Shown: positions 11,372 to 23,782 of the stretch, one piece after another
Position numbering within the stretch: position 1 is the stretch's first letter
How the letters are laid out: every line of letters starts with the position of its first letter
Notes under the pieces: model-generated
Told to the model about the DNA's origin: nothing
The model's input: the letters and a program-made list of their open reading frames with translations, nothing else
Databases searched by the model: none
NCBI RefSeq assembly: GCF_006345805.1
Contig: NC_042998.1
Coordinates: 124,930,001 to 124,994,000 of the forward strand
Reading direction: 5' to 3'
DNA: 64,000 nucleotides
Source: Octopus sinensis
Lineage: Eukaryota
Translations under genes and position numbers: made by a program

Positions 11372-11535
11372 TCTCGAAAGATTTGAACAGATGGATAGAG
11401 GAAATAGGCATAAAATCCAGTTAAATACAGCTCTAGAAAAGTGTTAGTAGGTTACTTAAGAGAATTTTTGGCATCTAAGGTTACTTGTTAAGATATTTTC
11501 TTTTCCAACAGTCTAATCAGTTGTGTATATGAATA
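11372..11535 (+). mobile_element. R4/Dong-like 3' fragment between (AAT)n tracts
   Basis: SKDLNRWIEEIGIKSS*IQL*KS..LLKRIFGI*GYLL resembles an RLE C-terminus and is flanked by (AAT)n on both sides. Confidence 0.5.
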
Positions 11536-11610
11536 ATAATAATAATTGCGTATGAATATTTAAACGCATATATATGTGTGTGTGCGTATAAGTATGTAAC
11601 ATCTCTATAC

Positions 11611-11611
11611 G

Positions 11612-11682
<71 letters not shown>
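11611..11682. repeat. (TA)n(TG)n compound microsatellite
   Basis: Direct reading. Confidence 0.9.
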
Positions 11683-11685
<3 letters not shown>

Positions 11686-13303
11686 GTTGGCAAATGAAAT
11701 AAGTATAAGAATGTGCATTGTCCGTTTAATTGAAAAATTCTATATGTGGCTGATGATTGCTCGATATTTTAAAACTGATGTAATACAGTGTTTAATAAAA
11801 TGACGTAGCATGAAACAATTGTACTACACTACCTTGGATATCCTTGTTGCTCATATATATATATACACACACACATCCACAAAACACTCACACTTATATG
11901 TGAATATCAGATAGTGCTTGTGTGAACGAATGTGTGTGCGTATGGATAATCGTTGTTTCTGTGTGTGTATGTGTGTTCGTGTATATGCACTCTCTTATAC
12001 TAGTGCACTAATAAATATTCACACCTTCCATTTTTTTATTCAGAGTACATATGAAAAGAATATATGTGGCTCTATAGAGAATTAAATAGAATGTCCGACA
12101 ATTAATGCAATATGAATAGAGGTTACATTGTAGATGAATTAGAAACTATTCAATTTAATATTTCATTTTAGAATATATAGCGTTATATTACTGCGATACC
12201 TGAAGGAAATGAAATGTATAATAAGAGTAAAAAAATCCGATGCAGTATGTAAAAATATTTTAAAGGCTATATTGTTTTCCATAGCATTTGGTATGAAAGG
12301 GAAGAAGGAAAGAAGCAATGGAAGAAAGAAAAATAGAAAGAAAGGAAGGGAGGAAAAAATGATGGAGAAAAAACAAAAGAAATAAAGAATAAAACAAAGA
12401 AGGAAATAAAGAAGGAAAGTGAGCAAGGAAGAGGGTAAGATGGAAGGAATTAAGGTAACAGAGAATTTTCCAATGCATTATGTTTCAAATTTGGAACTAT
12501 TGAAATCATTTACAAGAAATATTAAAATGTGGCAGGATAAGCGAGGAAAATTATTCTCTCCCCGTATATAAAAATTAAAAATTTGTCTTTATGATTTGTC
12601 AACAGATTTTGGCATAGCAGTGTGGTAAATAAGTTTGGTCCTCACTCACGTTTTTCCGGTTTTGTCCCCACCGCATTTAGAGCAAGTTTTTCATGAAAGG
12701 GAAATTACGGAAGTACAAACTGTGTAGAAGTCTGTCGTATGGGTCTACCTGTACTTGCGTGTTATATTTAATCTGTCTCCTGAGTTTGCAATATAGATTC
12801 GATTCGTGGCTGAATCTTTCTTTGTAGATGCAAAAATATAGAAACTAAAACGTTTAGTGGCTTATTTTAGAAATAATGTGTTTAAAAGTATGAATTAAAG
12901 GAAAATCGACAAGGCTAAGTAGACGGGAATCTAACAGACAGATACCCACACACAGATACATACACACACACATGTCTATACACATACATCCAAGTTTACT
13001 CATTCCTTGACAAGTTTTAAAAGTGCCTTAGAGTGAGAGACAAATAGAATAAGATGGAGAACTATATGGAGGAGTAGAAGAGGCAGAGAACGAAACAGAT
13101 GGGAAAATGTTACTAAAGCAAGAACACAGAAATAGACTTTTCCTCCTTAAAATTGATATTTGAAGATGATGGCAAATAAACTCCGCAATTGCGATAAAGT
13201 AAATTCAAGAACACATTGAAACAGCGTACTCGATATTTCTTTATTTTTTTCATTCTTTCCCTTTCTGTGTCTTTAATACATACTCACATGCAACACGCGC
13301 GCA

Positions 13304-13338
<35 letters not shown>

Positions 13339-13559
13339 ATTTGTATCTCTGTGAAGCACTTTTGACTCTTGCTAACATCCATATCTCCGTTCGGACGATA
13401 GAAGCTATACAGAATCTAAATTTTTATTAGCAAGGTTACAAAACGTAATTGTTTTACTATTAGGGGCTGATTTTTACGTAAACATTGTAGTTCTTCGTTC
13501 AGCACACCCTATATGCATTGTAAAACTATCACAAATCAAAATACTACTCGCAGTCATTC

Positions 13560-14150
13560 ACAATATTGAGTGAATGACTATAAATTTTATATATCCAAAC
13601 CTATGCATAACATTTTATGACAGACCTATACAGCAAGTAGTAGAATTTGTCTATTTTGCACATAGACTGCCCGCTTAACAATAACAAGAATTGCCTAGGT
13701 ATGGTAGATTTCCCCACAAAAATTAACAATTTATGAAATAAAATTGAATATCACTTAAAGCCAAATTAAATTATAGTAAACATTTACCAAAAACATTCTA
13801 TTTAAACAGCATCCAGACAACTGCTTGTATATCATCTCCACTTCAAAAGGAACATTCATTAAATATGTCTGGATCATACTAGGACACCTAACTTAAGAAA
13901 ACAACTTCAAAACTGATGTATTTCAAAACAATGTTACGGGACTTGTTAGTGGTAAGCGCCTAAAAGGATTAGAATACCAAACCTACAACAATTGACACAA
14001 CTTCAACCCATTTTTAGTAAAATAGAAAGCCACTTCTTAAAATTGTCTGACCACGCCAAGCATTCGCCTTTTCTTTTTAAGACATATTTGGATGACATGT
14101 TGCCTGGAAAGAGAAACCTAAGCAACCTAAGCTACATAAACGGTACAGAG
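13560..14150 (+). pseudogene. Possible heavily decayed Penelope-type RT fragment
   Basis: ENNFKT... and KIESHFLKL...PFLFKTYLDDML resemble PLE RT motifs (LENNxF, YLDD); many stops. Confidence 0.35.
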
Positions 14151-14341
14151 AAAGACCAGATTCTAAAGTAATGTCAATATCAGTCGTAGGATTTTTACTC
14201 GTCTTCATTTACCATTGTATTGAATACAATGACAGCGAGTAAGGATAGTTAGAGGAAATAAGTTCATGCCGATTAGTACTGTGATGCAAACGAGAAGAGA
14301 AATTTATAACACACACACGTGTGTGTGTGTGTGTATACAGG

Positions 14342-14374
<33 letters not shown>

Positions 14375-14670
14375 AAGAGAGAGAGAAGAGAACCTCGTGT
14401 GACGATGAAAAAAGGTAGAACTCATTACTGTTGGGAATAGAGGACAATACTTATGAAATGATACCAGTACGGAAACTTACAATCATGACTTTAAGTTTCA
14501 GTATCAATAAATCGACGATCCCTACACATCTTCAGCTGTTGCAAGCCCGTTGACAACTGATAGACGGCGAGTAGCTATTGGATGTGATTTTTATAATTTT
14601 AAAACAATATATTATATACTTACTTGACCAGCTGTAAGGAACTCGTAATAGAGGTATTATACTTATAAAT

Positions 14671-15023
14671 ATTCTTTTCTACTCTAGGCACAAGGCCCGA
14701 AAATTTGGGGGAGGGAGCCAGACGATTAGATCGACCCCAGTACGCAACAGGTGCAATTTGAACTCAGAACATAAAGACAGACGAAATACCTATTTCTTTA
14801 CTGCCCTCAAGGGGCTAAACATAGAGTGGATAAACAAGGACAGACATGGGTATTAAGTCGATTACATCGACCCCAGTGCGTAACTGGTACTTATTTAATC
14901 GACCCCGAAAGGATGAAAGGCAAAGTCGACCTCGGCGGAATTTGAACTCAGAACGTAAAGACAGACGAAATACCGCTAAGCATTTCGCCCGGCGTGCTAA
15001 CGGTTCTGCCAGCTCGCCGCCTT
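14671..15023 (-). mobile_element. Two SINE family A copies; the second has an alternative 3' tail
   Basis: 14671-14790 is a partial copy with the ggcacaagg tail. 14792-15023 is full length, with tail gtctgtccttgtttatccactctatgtttagccccttgagggcagtaaagaaa on the minus strand. Confidence 0.88.
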
Positions 15024-15765
15024 ATTATAGTTATTAATATTGTCACACACTTTGTATGAAATGCCTGCTTTCCTAATTAATAACTGTGCACAATACTATG
15101 AACAATAAAATTAAGTTTTGCATATCAAACAATAAAATGTGAAATAGCTCATATGGGAAATATTCTTGTATTAAGACATCTTCCAATAATACTCAGAGGC
15201 TTTATATACTTGGATATTTGATATGAAGATATCATTGTAATAGTTCAATGATAACACTACAGAATTATCAAGCAACATTTAATTTTCCACGATGAATCAG
15301 CCAGTTCTTTCATTTCTTAGCTTTCTCAAGAATATTTATCTGTGAGTGTACGCATGCTTGTGTATATATAAATATACATATATATGTGTGTATGTGTGTG
15401 TGTGTATTGAGAAAAATTGTCGCCAGAACTTTGGAAAACATGTTTTTATTTCTTCATTATTATTAGCGCTTTCGTTCGTTTCTCGAACTTGTCAAATATA
15501 ATTACATATATATATATAATTTTATATATATATATATATATAATTTTCTGCTTCACTATGTATGAGCGTGTGTGTTTAAAATATCTGCAAAACATGTTTA
15601 ATATTCTATTGTTCTGAAAATGTGTCAAGTTGAATAGTCTTATAAATAGTTCTCATGTATGCGTGTGGGGGCGTGTAGATATCCATGTACATACATGTAT
15701 CCACATGTATATATATATGTATATCTGTGTGTGTGTGTATGTATCTACATATAAAACTGTAAATA

Positions 15766-15812
<47 letters not shown>

Positions 15813-16218
15813 TTGTGAATAAATGTGTGCGTGTATACATGATCATATGTTCGTGTGTATACATATCTCGTCCTACATACAAAAACTAGCCTCCTTATTC
15901 AATTATTCAAAATACAAATGTATACCTATAAGCTTGTGTGCGTATGTATGTGTTGTGACCTACAGTAAACAATGAAACAATGAGAATCAATAGGAATCAT
16001 ACTAACATTATAAATATAAACTCTGGTTTTTTTTATGCATCCATAGCTGTGCAATTCAGGAAATTTCCATTTTATTTGCGTTTGAGTGTGCGTGTGTATC
16101 GTTTACGTTTTTGCGTGTTCCTGTGCGACCTTGTGTGTATGTTTATGTACTGGCGCATATAAGTTATATTAATTCTTTTTTTCAACTGTTTACATTTCTT
16201 TTTGATATAGTGCAACGG

Positions 16219-16307
<89 letters not shown>

Positions 16308-16382
16308 GATAGATAGATAGAAGGATAGATAGATAGATGATAGATAGATAGAAGGATAGATAGATAGATGATAGATAGATAT

Positions 16383-16428
<46 letters not shown>

Positions 16429-16485
16429 GATAGATAGATGATAGATAGAAGATAGATAGATAGAAGATAGATAGATAGATGATAA

Positions 16486-16532
<47 letters not shown>

Positions 16533-16580
16533 TAGATAGATAGATAGATAGAAGATAGATAGATAGATAGATAGATAGAT
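16219..16580. repeat. (GATA)n microsatellite
   Basis: Direct reading, ~360 bp imperfect. Confidence 0.95.
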
Positions 16581-16816
16581 AAACAGGTAGGCAGATAGTC
16601 AAGCAGACACGGAGGTAGTGAGATAGAGAGGTTGATTGATTGATTTCCTGTGCGTTAAACAAACGTAGCATATATCCATTTCTGTGAAGAAATGAAAAAC
16701 TTATGATACTATCAACATAGGTCTCAGTATCCGCAATATTTTGAGCTAGTTAAACATTTATTAATTATTATAAACCCCCAATTTCTTGCAAATAATAATA
16801 ATAATAATAATAATAA

Positions 16817-16853
<37 letters not shown>

Positions 16854-16855
<2 letters not shown>

Positions 16856-17058
16856 TTTCTGTGTAATTTCAAGTTTTAAAACAAAGATAATTTTCGTATG
16901 TTTTTTTTTTAGCCATTCACTAGTACAACACTAAATACAAAACCAATATATGGCACACTAGGCATAACAACAACATGAACTTCCAACCTGTTGTCTCTTG
17001 AGGCCTTTGGATGAGACTTGGAGTCAACTTGTACAAATGTAAAGCAAAAGTCAAACAT
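16854..17058 (+). mobile_element. R4/Dong 3' UTR fragment between (AAT)n tracts
   Basis: The first 41 nt match (3 mismatches) the sequence after ...ILSM* in the minus-strand copy at 17103-17217; the fragment ends in (AAT)n. Confidence 0.7.
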
Positions 17059-17102
17059 AGAATAATCATAATAATAATAATAATATAATAATAATAATAA
17101 CT

Positions 17103-17216
17103 GATAAAATTATGTTTGTTTTAAAACTTGAGATTACATAGAAAGTATTTTGCGTAGGATATAAGCAGTTCCCATGAGCACTATCTTTTGAATTTCTGCC
17201 ATTTTGGGGTTTCCTG

Positions 17217-17217
<1 letters not shown>
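17103..17217 (-). mobile_element. R4/Dong ORF C-terminus fragment
   Basis: Minus: GNPKMAEIQKIVLMGTAYILRKILSM*, the conserved RLE C-terminal motif. Confidence 0.78.
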
Positions 17218-17255
<38 letters not shown>

Positions 17256-17301
17256 GTTGTTGTTGTTGTTGTTGCTGTTGTTGTCATTAGTATTGTTGTT
17301 A

Positions 17302-17354
<53 letters not shown>

Positions 17355-17365
17355 AGCCATTCTAC

Positions 17366-17577
17366 TACAACCACAAGGCCTTTTTGGAGGAGGGAGCGGA
17401 GGCTTGTCGATTACATTGACTCCAGTTCAGTTCTCAACTGGTACTTATTTTATCGACCTTGGAAAGTGCAAGGAAAAGTCTCGTACCCGGTGATATTTGA
17501 ACCGAGACCGTAAAGACAGATGAAATGCTTCGTAGCATTTCGTCCGGTGAGCTAAGTATTCTGCAGCTCACTACATT
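17366..17577 (-). mobile_element. SINE family A copy (diverged)
   Basis: Reverse-complement similarity to 50324-50540. Confidence 0.75.
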
Positions 17578-17595
17578 AATAATGATGAGAAGATA

Positions 17596-17710
17596 AAGAA
17601 GAAGAAGAAGAAGAAGAAGAAGAAGAAGAAGAAGAAGAAGAAGAAGAAGAAGAAGAAGAAGAAGAAGCAGAAGAAGAAGAAGAAGAAGAAGAAGAAGAAG
17701 ACGACGACGA
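17596..17710. repeat. (GAA)n microsatellite
   Basis: Direct reading. Confidence 0.95.
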
Positions 17711-18234
17711 TCAGCTGCTTTTCATCATTATATGTACATTCATGAAGGTTCAGTTACAGAGAGCAATACTGCCCTGGTGATACAAATATAAAGACATTTC
17801 AGTGAGCCACGTTGACCTAATGTCCAATTAAATCACTGAAGTTCAAAGAAATTGTTGGTGACTTCTTCATGTTAATAAAATGCTGCAGCTCTGAATCTTA
17901 TCTATAAGATAGTATTGTATTCTATATTAATTAAATAAATTCCAGTGTTTTGCTATAGAAAAATACTTATTTGAGAGCAACAGTAAAATTTCAGCATGAT
18001 ATTGATATCTTCATTGATGACGTTTAAGTAAATATTTACGAAAGAGAATGACATACTTTCGAGAATTGTTGAAGAGCTTATCAGATGACACAAACAGATA
18101 ACCAACAAGACACCTTGATAAAACAGCAGACTCTATACATACACAAACACGCGAGCACACACATACACGCATATACATACGTACGTACATATATGTATGT
18201 ATGTATATATATATATATATATTATATATATATA

Positions 18235-18269
<35 letters not shown>

Positions 18270-18858
18270 CATGAATATGTATGTTACTATGCGAGTACAT
18301 CTCCGTAATATATATATATAATTCTGTGCTAAGAATTGTTCGGTTTTCTTTTGAGTGTTTATGTATGTGTGAAAATGTGTGTGTGTGTGTGTGTGTGTGA
18401 TTGTTTGCGTAATTTATTTATCTGTATGGGTGTGGGTGTTTATATATTGGTATATATCGTGTTCTGTATGTATGTGTATGTATATGTATGTGTGAGCGGG
18501 TATATGTATATTGTTTATGAATTGAGTGTTGTATGTGTGTGTGAGGAAGTATGAATAAGTAATGTGTTGAGTGTATGAGCATGTATGTGTATATATAGTT
18601 TATTTTTTGTTTTTTGTTTTTTGTTTTTAGGTTTTGGTTTTTGTTTTTTGCTTGTTGTTTTTTGGTTTTTGTACATTTTTAAATATGAGAAATTTTATAA
18701 TAGGTTTTTATATTCAATTGTTTATAGGGTTTATTTTAGATTATTTTAGATTATATATAGATTATATTTTTATTACTTTCATTGATAATTTTATTGTTTT
18801 ATTATTTTAAATTATTTAAAATTATATTTTAAAATATTGCTATTCTTAGATCGAAAAT

Positions 18859-18901
18859 CCACCTGAAGATTGTCGGAGCAGACATGAAACATTTGTAGTG
18901 G
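18859..18901 (+). ncRNA. Minimal type-I hammerhead motif H5
   Basis: ccac-CTGAAGA-ttgtc-ggagca-gacat-GAAA-C-attt-G-TA-gtgg. Stem I is ccac/gtgg and stem II is tgtc/gaca. It lies in a T-rich segment that ends at (TA)n. Confidence 0.68.
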
Positions 18902-18985
18902 CGGTTTATTTAATTTATATTAAAATTTTATGTATTGATTAAGTCTTTCCTTGTTTGGTTTTAAAATAGTGGTTTTGTCTCGAAT

Positions 18986-19041
<56 letters not shown>

Positions 19042-20122
19042 ATTGGTGAATTGAAGAAATGGAGCTGAACGCAGATTGAACAGAAATCGTTTTATTTCAT
19101 TCTACACGTGTTTCGAAAGGCACAAATTACCAAAATCCGATTGAATAATGGGACCATATTGTGTCTTTCTCTTCAGGAAGAAAAAAGGAAATCCGTTGGA
19201 AAAACAAAAACAGAACACTTATACAAAAACAGAATACTTATACATATGTATATGTGTGTGTGTGTGTATAAACATTCAAGCACAGAATGGCTGACTAGTT
19301 ATGAAGTTAACTTCGCAAACACGAGATTCCAGCTTCAATCCAAGTGTGGCATCTCGGGTAATTTTCAATGATGACGGGGAACCGCATACATTGTGAGTGA
19401 AACTGGGAGAGCTAAATGTGCAGAGAAGCTGGTCATATAGATTGTAATTGTAATACAAAAGTACACCTTTCTTACATATAGATGTCACCCTGATTCTCAA
19501 GGGAATTATGTTAAGAGTATATGTTTGTCCAATGCTATATCACTAAGCCGGCGATTGAGAAAATGTGTGTGCGTAGCGCTACAAGTAATAACAGAATTTA
19601 TTTTCCTGTTATCGTCTTTGTCTCAATCATTTTCTGTTCATATTTATCAAACTTTTTCCTTCTCATCTCCGCTCGTGTATATCCCAAGTAACTTGCGTTG
19701 ATGATACTGCCAAAGTGAATAATGATCATATTTGGTCGACAAATATTGATGAGGTAAGTGTATTTCGGTCCGTTGTGCGTGTGTTTTATGTTCTTTCTTC
19801 TAAAGACATTTCTTTGTCATCCCTCTGTGGCACTTTTTAAATTATTATTACTTATTAGAGATGGCTGCACTTGGCATGTTCAAGATGGAAATTTAACTAT
19901 TACGATCGAGGGCTAACACTAAAGAACAAAAATTCCAATCAACCAAGAAAGAAATGGAAATATAAATTTCTCAAACCAAAGAACCACTAAATGAGAACAT
20001 AATTAAAGTTCGGAGTGGGTTTGAGAAAATTAAAAATTAACATCTTTTCAGAGATGGTGGAAAAGTGCTACTTGGTTCAGTAATTGTAAAGTTGAATTCA
20101 AAAAGGAATATTACAAGCATAA

Positions 20123-20155
<33 letters not shown>

Positions 20156-20158
<3 letters not shown>

Positions 20159-20392
20159 TCGATAGACAAAGGTGTGACATTTCTGTCCGGCAGTCACCAT
20201 GATAGATCGGTAGCCACTACACACATTTTTTCCCTCCTTGTTTCTTTCTGTGTTCCGTTCTGTGGAAGAGCGTAGGCTCGAAACGTAAAAGACTTTTTCT
20301 ATTCCCGAGAGTTATACTAATACATCTGTTTGTTTTCTACACCACCTGTCTTCGTCTTTTGTTGTTTTTTTCGTGAATTTTCCCCCCTCCTA
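20156..20392 (+). mobile_element. Short element bounded by (TA)n on both sides, with degenerate hammerhead-like motif H6 (20258-20289)
   Basis: tt-CTGTGGA-a-GAGC-gtag-GCTC-GAAA-CG-TA-aa has the same layout as H1/H2, but the core has an A6->T change. Confidence 0.45.
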
Positions 20393-21279
20393 TATATATA
20401 CATACATAACTATATATATATATATATACACGCATGTGCGTGAAGTATATACATGTGTGTATTTGTATTTCTGCGTATATTAGTGTGTATATACATGTAT
20501 GTGTGTGTGTGCCTGTCTGTGTACGTATAAATATATACATATACACACATATACTTACTAGTATTCTAATATACTTCCCTCCTTCTCGCTATAGCCCATA
20601 CACAGGATTTTCTGGATTTTTCCCCTCTGTGTTTTTTTTCTACAGGGATAGAAGTAATTAATATTCATTGTAAAGCATCGGAATTTAATAAAATTAGTTT
20701 AGAATTAGATATTCAATGCTGCATATATATAAAAGTTTCTTACCTTCAACTGTTCTTATTATCGCACATACACTCATATATATGCGTATATGTATGTTTA
20801 TATATGTGTGTATATGCATGTATATAAGTATATATATATATATGGTTTGTAAATTTACGTATATTCCTGTGTGTGAGTGTATGTATGTGTGGGCGCGCGC
20901 GTGTGCGTGTGTGTAAGTGTGTATACATATGTGTGCGTGAAAAGGAGAGAGATATCCAATTTGAATTTCCCTAACTTTCAATTACTTCGAATTTTCATTT
21001 GTGGTGTGCAGTTTGTTCCGACAGGAAATATAAATAAATAGAATCTTAGTAAATTTAAATACAACATAAAATATTTACTGGTAGCATTGAATAAATTTAT
21101 GTTGCTTGAAATGCAACTTGTAAGTATATTACAGCATATTTACACACACTCGCACACATATACATACATACCTATATATACATATATATATATATAAATA
21201 TATATGCAATTATAGATACGATATACATAAATACATACATATTATATATATATATGTATAATATAAACAAATACGTTTG

Positions 21280-21397
21280 TATACATACATACAAACATAC
21301 ATACATACATACATACATACATACAAACAAACATACATACATACAAACATACATACATACATACATACATACATACATACATACATACATACATACA

Positions 21398-21428
<31 letters not shown>
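21280..21428. repeat. (TACA)n microsatellite
   Basis: Direct reading. Confidence 0.95.
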
Positions 21429-21430
<2 letters not shown>

Positions 21431-22227
21431 GGACTAACTCTAAATGTGTTTCGATAGACAAAGGCAAATATACCGAGATTTTGAGGTTGTTGCTCCCGTT
21501 ACATTTTACTTGATCATTCGAATATTTTGATTTTGACTGCTTTCATATATGCATATAAAATTATTACTACATATGTGTGTGAGTGTGTGTGTATGTGTGT
21601 GTGTGAGCGTGAGCGTGTGTGCGCGCGCGTGTGTGTGTGTGCGTGTGCGTGTGTGTGTATGTGTGTGCCTATAATAAAATATTACAGAGGTTTTGTATTA
21701 GTAAATATAGATTGCTCTGAGATATAGTCAACATATGAAATGTATCTCAATGATTATCATCTGACTTCAAATCACTTTGCTCTGCTACAAGCCGGTATCT
21801 TGAACGAGTATTCATTGAATCTTTTTCTGTGCTCTTTCGGGTTTTTTATCCCCAAAATGCATGCGTTGAAATCTGTGAAAATCAATATTTGGTTTTCCAA
21901 TTTTATCATGCCGAACGAAAGGGTGAGCAAAATTTCTTTCGGCAGTTTATGATATGAGTTCAAATGCGGCCGAGGTCGACTCTGCCTTTCTTTCTTTGAA
22001 GGTCTTTAAAATAAGTGCCAGCTGAATACACCCCCCCTCGGAATTACTGCTCTCGAGCCAAAATTAGAAAGAATCTGCTGAATATCAAAATGTTAAAGAA
22101 TCTAAATCACTTCCAATCTCAAGGATTTGGACAATATCTTTTACGCCCTATATCCAAATTTCTCAGCGTCTATTTTATCATCCACCTTGTCGGCTGGCGT
22201 TAAATAATTTTTTTCTGATTCAGTCAT

Positions 22228-22420
22228 AAAGTCACTAATTTTGAGGGGACGGGTTCAGTCGAAACCAAGGACTCCAGTACCTAACTGGTATTTTATTTTC
22301 TTAACTTCAAAAGATAAAAGTGAAAGTTGACCCCAGTGGTTTTCCCACCCAGAACGTAAAGAGACGGAAGGAATAGCGCATGGAATTTATTCTGAGCTTT
22401 AACGATTTAGACATTCAAAT
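22228..22420 (-). mobile_element. SINE family A copy (diverged)
   Basis: aactggtattttatttc...aaagttgaccccagtgg...cagaacgtaaagagacg matches the SINE core. Confidence 0.65.
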
Positions 22421-22956
22421 AGTGACATTTTTTAATGTCTGCTAAATTCTACCGCCATTACATTAGCTAATATAATCTGGTCTTCAGAGTTATATGCTTT
22501 CGTTCTACCTATACTCACTGTCACTTCATTTGCAATTTTTATTCCTTCCTTTATTCCTATTGTCTCTGTTTGCCGAGTCGTGTTCTAACCATTACACCTA
22601 ATTCTTCCTTACAGAGAAGCAGGATTTTGAGATTCACTCTTTGCCATGTTCGGGAAGAATATTAACAGCATAGATTTCACCGGTTTCGGGAAGCCTGAGA
22701 ATGACATATAGGCTGAGAGCTTTCATTTCAGGCTAAAACATTAGAAAACTATTGCTTCTCTGAGACCTGAAACATTATAGCAAACTTTTATATCGAGAGA
22801 ACTGGTCGGTTGATGTTCACAATGGGTGTGGATGGATATGTGTCTGTCAAAATCAATATTTCATATTTGTAAAATGTAACATAATGAACTAAGAAACGGA
22901 CCTGATATCATTTTTCGACTGAAGTCATATGTCTTCATTTATAATTTCCGAATATA

Positions 22957-23782
22957 CAGAGTTTTCCATAAGTCACCGTCCTTCTAATAATCTAAAAAAT
23001 TGTAACTAATTCGAATAAAGATTAGATTCCTCATAAACTTATGCTTACATGATAGGATTTTATATTTTATACATTTCAAATATCAATTTTATCAATTCAG
23101 AGACCAGATTTGGAGTACTCAAATTATTTTATAGAAATGGTGAAAATGCAATAGAAATATTACGTGACCGCATGAGTTTTCAAGAGACCAAATGATGCAA
23201 TTATGGTGATTAACCAACTCATCCAGAAAAAAAAATAAGATTAATTTCACCAAAAAATATCATTAAGCCAGTTTTGATTATTCCAAATCCATTAGGCAAA
23301 TTCCAAATGGGTTTTCTTTATCTCCATGTATAATTGATTGCAGCAAAGAAATTTTGTATGGCCATAATCCACATGAATGGAATAATCTGCATACACTTCG
23401 TTTGGGATGGCACAGACCCAGCTTATAAAACTTGAAGCATGACTAATTACATTTGAATTTTGCTGTTCGTGCAATGTTTCCTCGGCATTTTTTTCTCTCT
23501 TCGAACAGTGCTTGAAGCATCGTGCAAAGACTTCGTTTCTTCAAACGTCTTTATAATATCTCCAATAGCTTTTTGTTGTAAATGGGTCTTTGCGTGAGCT
23601 GCCGGATTGCGTTTTTAGACATGTAATGATGCTCTTGCACTTTCATCCTTTTTGTAAAATAATTCGAGTCCTTTAGATCTTGCATTTAAATTCATTCTAG
23701 GCATATGATGGAATGTGTTGCCATCTTTTTCCTGATTGATTAGACTTATCTTCTTACAAATAGTGATTCTTGGCACTCCCTG
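22957..23782 (-). mobile_element. Decayed, internally deleted Tc1/mariner-superfamily transposon (rosa/DD41D-like)
   Basis: Starts TA|CAGGGAGTGCCA on the minus strand at 23782. Peptide MPRMNLNARSKGLELFYKKDESARASL...AIGDIIKTFEETKSLHD...GLWPYKISLLQ and VNHHNCIIWSLEN match the HTH and first-D region of this group. The weak opposite TIR at 22957 makes the left end uncertain. Confidence 0.65.
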
